DNA of 64,000 bases from Octopus bimaculoides (Eukaryota): the NCBI RefSeq assembly GCF_001194135.2, contig NC_068994.1, positions 41,230,814 to 41,294,813 on the forward strand, written 5' to 3'. The notes under the pieces were generated by a model, which made no database searches, was not told the DNA's origin, and was given only the letters and a program-made list of their open reading frames with translations. Positions 10,661-23,033 of the stretch are shown here, piece by piece; positions within the stretch are counted from its first letter, which is position 1, and every line of letters begins with the position of its first letter. A program made the position numbers and the translations under genes.

Positions 10661-13367
10661 CTACAACTTATTTATATTATTTATGGGTGAAAATGGAGAT
10701 GATGAAAGTAACTGCTCATATGATTTATATTTAGATATTCCTGGTGTACAAACATGGAGTTTGGACTCAATTTATTTCAAATTCTCCCATTTTTCAATCT
10801 TGATCACTGCTTCTGTCCGTCATATGTTATGGCGTCATCTTTCATAACTAATAGTCATTGCCCGTAAACTGGTTCCTATCATTAGCTTGCGTTTCCGATT
10901 CGATGTTTTCCAATGGCTAGTATTGAAATGATAAATCAAACAAACTGAACAGACTTGAAGCTTTTGTAAGACCAAAACTACCAACATTTTCTTGTGAGAG
11001 GAACAAATAAAATAGTTAAGAGGAAGATACAAAATATTTGAGAGAAACATATGCAGTATAATTTCTTCGTTAAAGTTTACAGAAAACTTCTTTGCAGATG
11101 AATATTATTAGATTTATTTTGAATTCTTTATAGAATTCTAGATACCAGATATGGTTTACAAATAGGATTATCACAGTAATGTGATGATTTTGTTTTTCTC
11201 TAAATCACATTTCTCCTTTTGTAGATTTGCTTATATCTGTGTAATATTAAAAAAAGTAAAATGTTTTTATCCAATTTAATATGATACTTCTCACTAGGTC
11301 ACTGCTAAAATGAATATTTTCCCTGACAAATTTTGAATTATTTTGAAACCATGAAAGAATAGAAAAAATAATCTATTAAGGCTTTCAGAGAATAGAAAGG
11401 AAAATGGAAAGAAATTTGTATGCCTGATGCAAAAAGGAAATATCATGAGATGATATTTGCAACTGAATAATTTGCTAAAAGATAAAGAATATGCTTGTGT
11501 ATGCATGTGTATGGGTGTGAGTGCATTCTTGTGTATTTGTGTATGTGCATGTGCCTGAGTGTGTGTACATGCATACATACATGCATGCATACATACATAC
11601 ATACATATATGCATGCCTGTAAGCATGCATACATACATACATATATATATATTGAAGGATATTGTTTGTTAGGGATAATACAGTGTAGCTTCAAGCCTTG
11701 TGCTCACCTTCAGCTGACAAATTCATCCAGTTTCTAGAGTATCCAGGAATTATTCTTTTTGATGGAGTGGGTACTATGACATAGAATTTCTTGTATTGCA
11801 TTTTGGTAAAATGGTGCAATGGTTCTTAACTCATTACATATGGATATTGTTGAGATTGAGTTATCTCATTTTGATTATTACAAATAGTGAAGCTGGGGGA
11901 TGTAAGAAAATTTAAAGGATTTATAGATATACAGAAAGTAAATGTTTTAAGAAAATGGAAATGATTTACAAAAATATAGAACATGAAGGTCTAAAAATTA
12001 TACAGCAAAGATGGTGAGAAATAAACAGAAAACTGCTAATTGAAGATAAGAATGTGTACTCAAGGAGTTTAAATATAAAGTATCAATGAGTGGATTAATT
12101 TGAGCTGTTGCAAAATTGGGAATATCTATTCATAGATTAAAACTAAATAATAAAGAGAGGGAGTGAGTGTAACTGTTCCTTACAACTAGTTAAATATTGA
12201 TTCAACATGCAATATGAAAAATTGCATGGAATGATAAAGACTTGAAAATATTAAAGAGTGTATTAAGTATAGTGAAATTAAAATAATTTATTAGTGGTCT
12301 AAAACTACAGAGGGAAATAAAGTATATCACTGTTCTTAGCAAAATGCTAGAGATTGGTTCAGTAAATGAGGTGGTGGTATGATCATCCCATGTTGAAGAA
12401 AGTATTTGCTGAAGTGACGATATTCAATAAAAGTCTCTTATCTGACATTTAGACTAGTTTTTGAATTTATGAATTTATTAAAATTTTACAGTATGAAGAT
12501 CTTCTCAACTGTACATTTAGACAATATTTTAAGTTCATTTCTGTGGCCTAAATATCTCAAGAATTTTCCACTTTATGTTGAAATCAGAATGTATCTGCTT
12601 GCAAACTCAAACATTATTCAATAGATTTGCTCTATTTTCTTTTCTATATTTCTGGAGGAAGAAGATTTGTTCAAGTATCATTGCTTAAATTTTACTTCTA
12701 TCATACCTATGTAGTGTTTATGCATGGTGTTAAGATTTGAGATGGCATTAGCTGACTGAAATGAATCACCAACATTTTAATTCTTTATTTTATTCACTTT
12801 AGAATGATTCAAACAGAGTATAGAAACAGTGAAGTAACTACAATAAAAGATTCAGTTTTAGTAATATCCACTGTTCTTGTAAGATCTTTACCAAAACTGA
12901 ATAACTAATTTTTAACATAAGTTCGCAAACATCTATTTTTGGAATAAAATATAGTTACATATATTGAGCCCAATACCTGACAAGTACTTTATTTCATCAA
13001 ATTCAGAAGACTGAAAGCCAAAGTAACTTCAGTAGGATTCAAACACTGAGTGTGAAGGGCTACAGCTACAGCTCTACTATAGTGATAAAGTTTAAAAAAT
13101 AACAAAATATTCAAGATCAGTTTTTAAAAAGGCAATGTCATTTGCATAACAAAATTCATTGAAATATATTTTATCTTTAGTGTTTGAGATATGGACACAG
13201 ATGATGTAAAAAATGTCTGCCTGTTTCTTCAGAATTTGTCTAGTGTCTCTGAATGTGTCGCTGAATGTAACAAAACAAAGTGAAACTGAAACAGCAAAAA
13301 CGTAATGTATAATATTTTTTTTACACAAGGCCCTAAATGATTTAAGTGGACAATGGTAAAGATTATT

Positions 13368-13522
13368 GTAAAGATTATTTGCCAGCATAACACAGCATTC
13401 CTGGTTTAGGACAAACATTACTGCTATTTAGCACCATAGCTGGTGGCGAGGGGGGGGGCTAAATAACAGTAACATTCATCCTAAACCAGAACTGCCATGT
13501 TATGTTGGAAAATAATCTTTAC
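13368..13522. mobile_element. Foldback/hairpin element with 65-bp arms
   Basis: Arms 13368-13432 and 13458-13522 match at 54/65 positions by manual alignment, around a 25-nt G-rich spacer. Confidence 0.75.
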
Positions 13523-13649
13523 TCTAAAGTACTCTTACTGAATGTATCTCACTGAGAGATTTACAAAGAGAAATTTTCTATTTGATATGTCTATTTGTTT
13601 TGATATTCTCACATCGTTTATTGATGTTTATTACTAATATTCTTGACAC

Positions 13650-13930
13650 ATTGGCAACATCCTCCTTGCCTGGACTTGTTGACTTGCAAGCTACATGGTA
13701 ACCTCAACAGTGCCAGTGCCATGAGAAAAAAAGCACCCAGTATTCACTGTAGAGTGGCTGGCTTTGGGAAGGACATTCAGTTAAAGAAACCATGTCAAAG
13801 CAGACATAGAAGTACAGTGCAGTTCTGGACTCATCATATCTTTGTCAAATCATCCAACCCATACCAGCATGGAACCTGGACGTTAAATGATGATGAGGAT
13901 CACAACGACGATGACGACAGTGATAACAAT
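13650..13930 (+). mobile_element. (GAT)n-tailed retroposon family D, decayed copy
   Basis: Contains gaaaaaagcacccagtattcactgtagagtgg and ccaacccataccagcatggaacctggacgttaaatgatgatg, matching 41108-41336. Confidence 0.7.
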
Positions 13931-14954
13931 GAAGATATTATATTCATTCACATATTTTACATATAATTCAGTTTTAAATATTTTTGAAATCTACTATATT
14001 ACTTGTATGGTTGTCCTATAATGCACCTGTGATAATGGCTTTGTTATTTGTAAACCACTCACACATTAACTTGGTTTGCCTTCAGTGTCACAGCCACATC
14101 ACACATAACTTGACGTTATTGTTAAAGGTAATTAAACAACCATCTCCATTGTCATAAAGATATTTTGGTTTAGGCTTACTCAAACAAATATCTCATACTT
14201 GGTAATGAATATTGTGTAGACAAGGAAAATTTCCAAAGTGAGAGAATATAGATTATTCTAATCGAATTAAAACCAACCGCTTAAAAGAGATGAATTCAGT
14301 TATACTATTTTTGAGAGGATTTAAGAATTCTTATAAACTGCTGACTCATAAGTTGTAAGCCAAGTATTTACTTTCCTTTAAAGGGGAGATAATTAAAAAT
14401 GATTATTATTTATGCAAATGAGAATGCCAGAGAATAAAATAAGTGCATAAAATTTAGAAACAAAATACTGTAAGTACAGAAACCTGAAAACATAATGTGA
14501 GGGCTTGCTTGCAGCATGTAATCTGGAAGATAAAGCTGTAGTAATAAAAACACATGTAATGTAAATGTATTTGTCGAGAAGAAAACGAAAATTATAAATG
14601 TTTCAAGGAAAAGTCCTTTCTCAAGATAGAAAAAGGAGAATAATATAAAAATATGTGTTATACAGGAGCTACAGTTAATAATGGATGAAAAAAGTGTGTA
14701 GGTAGGCATACCGTTATTCATATAGACTTCATGTTGCATCCTCCCCTTTTTGGGCAGTCCTCAAGTATTACTTCTGTCGATATAATATTGCATGAAGTCT
14801 AATTATTATATGTGTGTATCTCATTGTCATAACATTGTGAAATAGTTGTAAATAAATATCACTATCATAATGTTGGTATCATATATTTCTAATCTTCTAT
14901 GCTAACATCTTTAGTCATGGGGAAATGTTACTTTGTTATATATCTATCTATCTA

Positions 14955-14995
<41 letters not shown>

Positions 14996-15532
14996 TGGGT
15001 GTATCATTTACGACCAGTTGTTTTTATTCAAGATTTATTCGAAAATAAAACACCGAAATAGAATAAAACGATCGTTAATGTCATTAATTATGCCCTAGCC
15101 TAATACACACACACACACATATACACATATAATTTTACAGACATACATATACATCCATATGCATAGAGTCAAAAGGTCAGGTGTAGAGATACTAAATATA
15201 GGAAACAAATAATGCTCAAATGATTTGAACTTACACTCCAGAATCTTTATTGATAATTAAGTCTAAAGGATAAATAGTAAGAGAAATCCAGGTGAGCTGA
15301 TACAGAGATAGTGATGCAGGTAGTTAGTTATGTATGTATCTCTTTATGTAAATCTATGTGTGTCCATGTGTATATTTATATATATATATGAAGCATAATC
15401 ATGTTTATCTGCATCACTATCTCCATCTGTGCGTGTGTGTGTATATACATATGTATGTACATGTACGTATATGTATGTTTGTGTATCTACATATATAAAT
15501 GTAAATACATGTGTGTGTGTATATATATATAG

Positions 15533-15613
<81 letters not shown>

Positions 15614-16229
15614 TATATGTGCATATATGCATAGGTATATATACATGTGTGTGTCTGTGTGTGTGTGTGTGTGTGTGTGTACGTGCATATATAAAGTTGA
15701 GTTTAGTATGTCTCCAAGACATCAATTAGAGTTTCTCACTAACTGCTGGTCTTCAAGTTAACTGAATATTTTTTTGTAGGCTTTTCATTTATTATCTTTG
15801 CACATTTCTATATTTCTGCTATATTATAAGCTGTCCGATCTTTACTGCTGGGGTTTTATCCATCTGGCTGTATCTAATCAAAATTCTCCAGACAATATAT
15901 TATTTTTGCATGTAGTTTAGAAATTCCCCAAGCAATTCTTCATTAATCCACAAATACAACAGTAAGATGAAAATTATTTGGTATAAAGAAACAAATTTTC
16001 TTATGTTTAAAATATATTCCTGCAGTGTTGTGAAACTTGGAGAATGTATTCCATGTTGCCTGCAGAATTAATTTTATGAGTTTAAATGTAACCAAAGTTG
16101 AATTTGCTTGTCATCATCATTGTTAAAATAAAATGCAATGTGAATACTCTGAATGAATTAAGTGGCTGTACTCATCCTTCATATCTGTGTCTTGGTGCTT
16201 ATGTAATAAATAAATCAATATTATTAATT

Positions 16230-16422
16230 TCTGATTAGCACACCAGGCAATATGCTCAGTGACTTTCCATCCATCTTCATATTCTGAGTTCAAATGCCAC
16301 TGGGGTTGACTTTGCCACTCCTACATTTGGGGGTTGATAAAATAAGTACCACTGGGGTCAATGTATTTGAGTCAACCCCTCAGTGAATATGCTAGTCTTG
16401 AGCTACAATTTGAAAACAATAT
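16230..16422 (+). mobile_element. SINE family A, decayed copy
   Basis: Family core ttctgagttcaaat...gactttgcc...gataaaataagtacc. Confidence 0.7.
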
Positions 16423-16802
16423 TATTAATTTATTAATAATTATCTAACTACACATATTTGCAATTAAAAGTATAAGTGTCTTGATGGCTAGAAACATTAC
16501 TACCATTTTGTTTAGAAATAAAGATTCCTAATTCTTATCCAAGGATAGGACATCTGATCATGTTCAGAGATCAAACAAAGCCTTAAATATTGACAACATA
16601 GACATAAGGCCATTGATTTGAAGGTAGGTGTATAGGTGGTTATATTGATCCAATACTTTATTGATTTTATTAATCCTTTAAAGGTGTAATGCAAAGTTGA
16701 AGTTTTGGGATTTAAATTCAGAACATAAAAGGTCTTGACCATAAATTGCAAAGGATTTGCATATTGTGCTACCAATTTTGTTAATTTATAACCTTGTGTA
16801 AA

Positions 16803-17071
16803 TATTAGTTTCAAATTCTGGCACAAGGCCAGCAATTTTGGGGTATGGGCTAAATGTTGGTTTCAAATTTTGGCACAAAGCCAACAATTTTGAAGGCAAA
16901 GTTAAGTCAATTGCATCAATCCCAGCACTCGACTGGTACTTATTTTATCAATCCTGAAAGGATGAAAAGCAAAGTTAACCTCAGCAGGATTTGAACTCAG
17001 AACGTAAAGATGGATGAAATGTTGCTAAGCATTTTACCTGCTGTGCTAACGATTCTGCTAGCTTGCCACCT
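16803..17071 (-). mobile_element. SINE family A with a duplicated 3' tail
   Basis: Near full-length reverse copy. The tail gtttcaaatt(c/t)tggcacaa(g/a)gcca(g/a)caattttg occurs twice, starting at about 16808 and 16860. Confidence 0.8.
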
Positions 17072-17344
17072 TATGTAAATATTAACAAAGCACTACATTC
17101 TCTTGAGTTCTGTCTGTCTGTCTGTCTCTCTCTTCACATGTCATGCCTGCAGGTATCAGTGATCATAGACTTCCATACCAAATTCTGAGGATTCATAATC
17201 TTTCTTTGGAAATCAATACCTTTCTGTTGCTTTCTCCCTGTTTATCTATATTTCAGTCTGCCGTTCTCCTGCTATCAGAAGCTCACACTTAACTCTTTAG
17301 CATTTCAACCAGTTAAACATGTTTTATGTTCAAACCAGCAAGGG

Positions 17345-18050
17345 TGACTTTAAAAGGAAGACTGAAATCCTTATCATTGCTGCCCAGGATCAGGTATGTG
17401 TGGGAAGAGTGTTGAAAGCATGACTCGCATTGTTAGTGTTTGTGAAAGTCTTGTGCAGAAAGAATACAAGTGCAGACATGACAAAGTAGTGCAAAACTTT
17501 CACTGGCTACTATGCTGGAAGTATGGATACGAGGTAGTGGATGCTTGGTAATAACATACACCGGAAAAGGTAATGAATGAAAAGGAGAAAGCAAAGATCC
17601 TCTTTCTTCCAGACAAACAAGGTCTTAGAGCACGAAGGTCGGATATAATAACCTTCATGAGGCACAAACATGAGTGCCTAATAATCAATGTGGAAGTGCC
17701 AGGAGATAAACGTATTGTCATGAAGGAAAGAGAAAAGATTGATAAATATGGAAAGCTGAGAATTGAGATTGCCAAGATGTGGCAGCTATGAGAGTCAAAC
17801 ATGAAGGTTATCCCTGTTGTCATCAAAGCATTGGGTTCAATACCACCCAACCTGCAGAAACATCTGGAAACTTTAGAAATACCCAACAATCTAAGTGTAT
17901 TCCAAAAATTGGCTTTATTTAGAACTGTATGCACATTACATACCATATTTTCTGTCTGAAGTCTGAGGTCCTTGTACAAACTCCTGGTTAACACAATATT
18001 CTCAATCAATAACATCACAATATTGGATACTGTGTAACGCCTTCAATAAT
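17345..18050 (+). mobile_element. 5'-truncated R4/Dong-like non-LTR retrotransposon (RLE domain remnant)
   Basis: Reads KRKTEILIIAAQDQ, RHDKVV..HW, RRSDII...CLIINVEVPGD...EKIDKY..L..EI..MW, VIPVVIKALG. This is the C-terminal PD-(D/E)xK endonuclease region. Ends in a TAA-rich tract at about 18044-18072. Confidence 0.85.
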
Positions 18051-18101
18051 AATTATAATAATAATGACAATAACCAAAATCATCATCATTATTATTATTA
18101 C

Positions 18102-18312
18102 AGAAGGTGAGCTGGTGGACTTGTTGGCATTCCAGAAAAAATGTTTCACAGCATTTCTTCCATCTTTACATTCTGAGTTCAAATTCCTCTGAGAATAACT
18201 TTACCTCTCATCCTTTCAGAGTTGATAAGATAAGTGCCAGTTGAGGACTCGGTTGATGCAATCAACATATCCCCTCCTACAAACTTGCTGGCCATGTGCC
18301 AAAGTTTGAAGC

Positions 18313-18315
<3 letters not shown>
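18102..18315 (+). mobile_element. SINE family A
   Basis: Head aggtgagctgg, core ttctgagttcaaattcc, tail ccatgtgccaaagtttgaa, running into (ATT)n. Confidence 0.75.
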
Positions 18316-18375
<60 letters not shown>

Positions 18376-18399
18376 TATTATTATTGTTGTTGTTGTTGT

Positions 18400-18693
18400 T
18401 GCCTTTGCACAGCTTCTAATGCTGGAGATGTACTATGGTGTCAGCTGTTCACTACCAGTGAACTAAGGTAACACCTCTTATTTTTCGAGCACCTTCCGGA
18501 GTATTCGAGCAGTTCCAAGCAGTGCTGTTTTCTGAAAGTGCTCCACCCTTATTGCAGCCCCTATTTGTTCCAAGTACTTCTCGAGATCTTTGCTCACTGT
18601 TCCCAGGGCTCTGACAATTATTGGTACTACTGCTACCTTTTACATCAACCACAACTGCTTAACTTCCCAAGCTAACCTTTCATATCTCTCAAC
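18400..18693 (-). mobile_element. R4/Dong-like non-LTR retrotransposon 3' fragment inside an (ATT)n array
   Basis: Minus strand reads ERYERLAWEVKQLW..KVAVVPIIVRALGTVSKDLEKYLEQIG....FQKTALLGTARILRKVL. (ATT)n on both sides (about 18313-18390 and 18694-18751). Confidence 0.85.
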
Positions 18694-18698
18694 TATTA

Positions 18699-18753
<55 letters not shown>

Positions 18754-19414
18754 TGAGTTGTGAGTTGATGCAATCATAAGTGTGTTTGACTAGAATACCT
18801 TGTGATGTTCGTTTTGTACTCTTTAGCTGTAGTGTTCCCTTTCACCAAAGTGAATTTTTGTCATACATCCATTTGGGGGATAAAACTATTCTCCTTAACT
18901 TTAAGCCTTGTGTCTGTTATAAACAATTCATATTATTATATGACATGTTAATATTATCACTGTCAATTCTACTAATATTATTAACATAATTTATCATAAT
19001 TACCATAACAACAGTTATGCTAATGAAGAAGTTAACAACCACAATAAAAAGAACTCAACTGAAAATTACAAGATCAAAAAGAAAAAAAAAGAATTTGCAC
19101 ATTCTTACATTTCTTTTATAATAATAGAGAAATTAAATTTTTGTATCTGATATATCTCAAGGATATGTATTTCATTGAATATAAATTCCATACATTTATT
19201 ATTTCAAAAAATTTTTGAGCATTCTAGATATTAAAACAAATAAAACGAAATTAATAAATAAGTTTTCAAGTGTATAAAAAGAAATACTTGCTCTAATTCT
19301 CACTCTCTCTTTCCAGGTGACACGTTCTTTCTTTCTTGCTTTCAAATTTTCTTCTCCGTTTCCCATCGTGATATACAGCCATATATACATATCCATGTAT
19401 CTCCTCTCTCTCTC

Positions 19415-19448
<34 letters not shown>

Positions 19449-19611
19449 NNNNNNNNNNATACATATACATATGCATATATACATATATATACATACACAC
19501 ACATTTGTATATATACATATATATACATACTTACACACACACACACACATAGTAGAATCATACACACACATATAGTAGAATAGTAAAAGGAAGGTCTTGG
19601 TACAGTATTAT

Positions 19612-19780
19612 ATATTTGAAAAAATGTGTAGAGACGGCTTTTTGGGGATAATTTTTATTTGAATGATAATGTGTACAGTGAGTGACTCTAGTGAAACTGA
19701 TACCAGAGTCACTCACTGTATATATTATTATTAAAATAAAAATTATCCAAAAAAGCCATTTCTACTCACCTTTTCAATAT
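19612..19780. mobile_element. Foldback element with ~77-bp arms and a perfect 16-bp inner stem
   Basis: tacagtgagtgactct (19674-19689) pairs with agagtcactcactgta (19705-19720). The imperfect arms extend to about 19612 and 19780. A one-armed relative lies at about 34210-34300. Confidence 0.75.
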
Positions 19781-19813
19781 GTATAATTATATACATATAT
19801 ATATATATATATA

Positions 19814-19863
19814 TCATCATCATCATCATCGTTTAACGTCCGCTTTCCATGCTAGCATGGGTT
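19814..19863 (-). mobile_element. Family D 50-bp 3' stub inside (TA)n
   Basis: Exact reverse complement of aacccatgctagcatggaaagcggacgttaaacgatgatg..., with (TA)n on both sides. Confidence 0.9.
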
Positions 19864-19898
19864 ATATATATATATATATATGTATGTATTTATGTATG

Positions 19899-19948
<50 letters not shown>

Positions 19949-21206
19949 TGTATATTTACATCCATATGCTGACATACATAAGCTTGCATATATTTACTCA
20001 TTTCTTTACATTTTAAAGTAAAGTGTATATGTATGTATATGTGTGTGTGTACAAATATATTTGTACATGTATATATATATATGTATACTTGCAATATACA
20101 TATATATATAATATAAACAAATATTTGCTTATTTATGTAGACACATTTTGTGAATACTATACAACAGCACAAAAATATACATGCACACACACACACACAC
20201 ACACAACACAACACAAACACACAAATCTGTGTGCTATAAATATATGCTGCAACAATGTGTGTGTATGTGTGTGCGTATATATATATATATATATATGTAC
20301 GTGGCTATAGAAATTCATTGAAAAATGAAGGAATTATTAAAACAATGCACAGGCGACATATTTCATCCATAAAGAAAAAAATAACGAAATAGCAAAAGAA
20401 AATAAAAGCAAAACCAAGCCACAATGTAAAAATCTAAAATAATATATTCAGTTGTAAATATTCTTCAGCATCATCTGCAATTAAATCTAAAATCTATTGT
20501 ATGATCATGTAATATCACGATTGTCTGTATACTTCTCATTCCATGCACAAAATATTAAAAAAGTGGGGGGAAAAGGGAAAAAAGAGTATAAGAAAACCAT
20601 GCTGCATTGTCTTTGAAGAATCTTGACTCCTCAATTAGAATCTCACTCCTATAATCATTGAATGTTGCAATTATCCCATTTCATGGAACATCATGTCTCT
20701 AATAGCAATATAATGGAAACACGAAAACTGAAGTTAAAATCATGGGTATTTTATTGTTCTTGGAAACAAGGCTTCAGCGATTTTCATATTTCTTAAGTAA
20801 AGTAAATGTTATATTATGGAGGAACATATTTGAAATATTGACTGTATAAAACATAAATACATATTCTATTAAACACTGGACTATTTAACATTTTCCTCAG
20901 CCTGTAGATTTTTCTTTATTTAATCTTTTTGCTTTGGAATGTACTCTGACATAGCTTCACTGATTCATTTGTTGCATCAATCCTCTTCAATGTTATTATT
21001 TTAATACTCCAAGTGAAACTGTAGAGACCATAGGCCATCTCAGATGTATTTCATGCCACCCATGCAATAGTCCAATGTGGTATAGCCACCAAAGCAATGC
21101 GAACAGTAATAAACCCCAAAAATGAAATGAGACATCCTGTTTATAAATGTATTAGATCATTAGTACTGTTTATATGGTATATGTATGATTCTATGTATGT
21201 ATGTCA

Positions 21207-22067
21207 TTATTCAGTTTATTTCAAGATTTCTTGTCAATAGAGAAAGAACTTGTTTCAAACCTAGATCCAAGGCTTCTTCGTTGGAATTTCAACATCAACT
21301 GGGTATTTTTGTTTGTTTGTTTGTATGTGTGTATGTTAAGACATATTAAGAAAGTGCATATGGTGGCACCTGTTTCTCCTGCCAGCCAGCACAATTGTCT
21401 AGTATGTAATAAAATGTGTAAAAGCTTAAAAGTCATATAAGGGCATCACATGGCAACAATCATGAATCATTTCAGTAAGTCTTCTTCGCAATGGCTTTTC
21501 TCGTGTAAGGAGGATACAGCTGTCATATGTTATGTATGTATGTATGTGCCGATTTGTTTATTTTACGTATGTATTCTCATACATATAGTTACATATCTAA
21601 ACATGCTTATACATATTTGAATAAACTTCTGGAAAGTTTTAGATTTTTACAGTTCAGTGATGGCTTGGATCTGTAGTCTTCAAATTAGTTTTCTCCTTTC
21701 TGGTTTCAAGAAGCCTAATTTCTCAAGATTGGTATTTAGGCAGTGTGTTACATATCCCAGTGCCCCAATAATTACAGGTATAAACCTGAACTTGTAATCT
21801 GGATAGAGTAGCTGTAGATTCCTCAATAGTTCAGCATAGGTATTCTCTTTTTTACTGATCTTTATGTTAACATCCATTGAGCAGCAAATTTCCACAACTG
21901 TGCACAGTTTCTCTTCTCTACCCCAAATCATTATATCAGGTCTGTTGTGCTTGCATTTTACTGAGGTCTACACTGGTACATTCCACCAGTATTCTTTTTT
22001 ATTATGAGTGGCTATGGCTTCTACCACATTGTGGGTTCTTATTTCTTTGTCTTCAGGATTAAACTTC
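21207..22067 (-). mobile_element. RLE-type non-LTR retrotransposon, second family, 5'-truncated, (CATA)n-associated
   Basis: Minus strand reads YWWNVPV*TSVKCKHNRPDIMIW..EEKLCTVVEICC.MDVN...FRFIPVIIGALG. The 3' UTR ends aataaactgaataa followed by (CATA)n. Interrupted at about 21335-21530. Confidence 0.85.
21335..21530 (+). mobile_element. Probable RTE-like LINE 3' end (C2H2-like remnant) nested in the RLE element
   Basis: Reads CLVCNKMCKS then, after a frameshift, LKSHIRASH. Followed by a short UTR and a (TATG)n tail. Absent from the sister copy at 22103-22531. Confidence 0.5.
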
Positions 22068-22102
22068 TATGTATGTATGTATGTATGTATGTATGTATGT
22101 TA

Positions 22103-22531
22103 TTATTCAGTTTTATTTCAAAATTTCTAGTCAATAGAAAAAGAGTTGGTTTCTAATCTGGATCCAAGTTTCCTTCATTGGAATATCAACGACATCAACA
22201 GGGTATTTTTGTATGTGTGTATATGTGCTGATTTGTTTGTTTTGTATTATGCATGTATTTTCATGCAAATGCTTGCATGTCTAGACATGCTCATATATAC
22301 TTAAATGATAAACTTCTGGGAAGTTTTGCAGATTTTTAGTTCCACTGATGGACTGGATCTGTAGTCTTAGATTTAGCTTTCTTTTTTCTGACTTTGAGAA
22401 GCCTGATTTCTCAAGATTGGTATTTAGGCAGTGTTTTGCATATCCCAGTGCCCCAATAATTACAGGTATAAGCCTGAACTTATAATTTGGATAGAGTAAC
22501 AGTAGATTTCTCAATAGTTCAGTATAGGTAT
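22103..22531 (-). mobile_element. Second, shorter tandem copy of the (CATA)n-associated RLE element
   Basis: ORF 22281-22514 (LLYPNYKFRLIPVIIGALGY) matches the neighbouring copy. Same 3' end next to (TATG)n at 22068-22100. Confidence 0.85.
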
Positions 22532-22829
22532 GTTTGTATGTACATATATATATGTGTGTGTGTGTGTGTGTGAATACATGTATTCATGTGTGAATATACA
22601 TATATATGCATATATATATGTATATTACATTTTAAAGTTATCTCTAAAGATTTTCTAAACGAAAGCTACCAAGTTTGCATTTGGAAATGTCTTTGTAAAC
22701 AATATGATCCAAAGGTAGAAGAATAGTTAATGGGTGTGTTTGCATATATCAGGAGTTTTGCTCATTCTTCAATACCACGTCTGACCATTAACCATCCATG
22801 AATACATTGCTTAAATAGCAACTTCGTAG

Positions 22830-22868
<39 letters not shown>

Positions 22869-22963
22869 TTGTGTGGGTATAGACACACATATATATATAT
22901 ATAAAATATTTTATTCCTTATAAACTGTGAATTTCCCAGTCTAGACCTTTCATATATACTCAC

Positions 22964-23033
22964 CTTGTCTCTGATGATGAAACACTCATTGTATGGGCAT
23001 GCTAGCCTATCATTTTGGATATCCCAGAAGCAG
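22964..23033 (-). other. Candidate 70-nt internal exon of an unidentified minus-strand gene
   Basis: Acceptor gtcttacag| and donor GACAAG|GTGAGT. One frame is fully open (CFWDIQNDRLACPYNECFIIRDK). I recognise no homology. Confidence 0.35.

Noticed and set aside
15344-15761. YIYI, HTHT and VCVC-type ORFs throughout the window
   Set aside because: Translations of (TA)n and (CA/TG)n tracts.
22965-22990. Hammerhead ribozyme core (CTGATGA...GAAAC; also 2655-2665 on the minus strand)
   Set aside because: No stem II between the two conserved boxes and no supporting stems.
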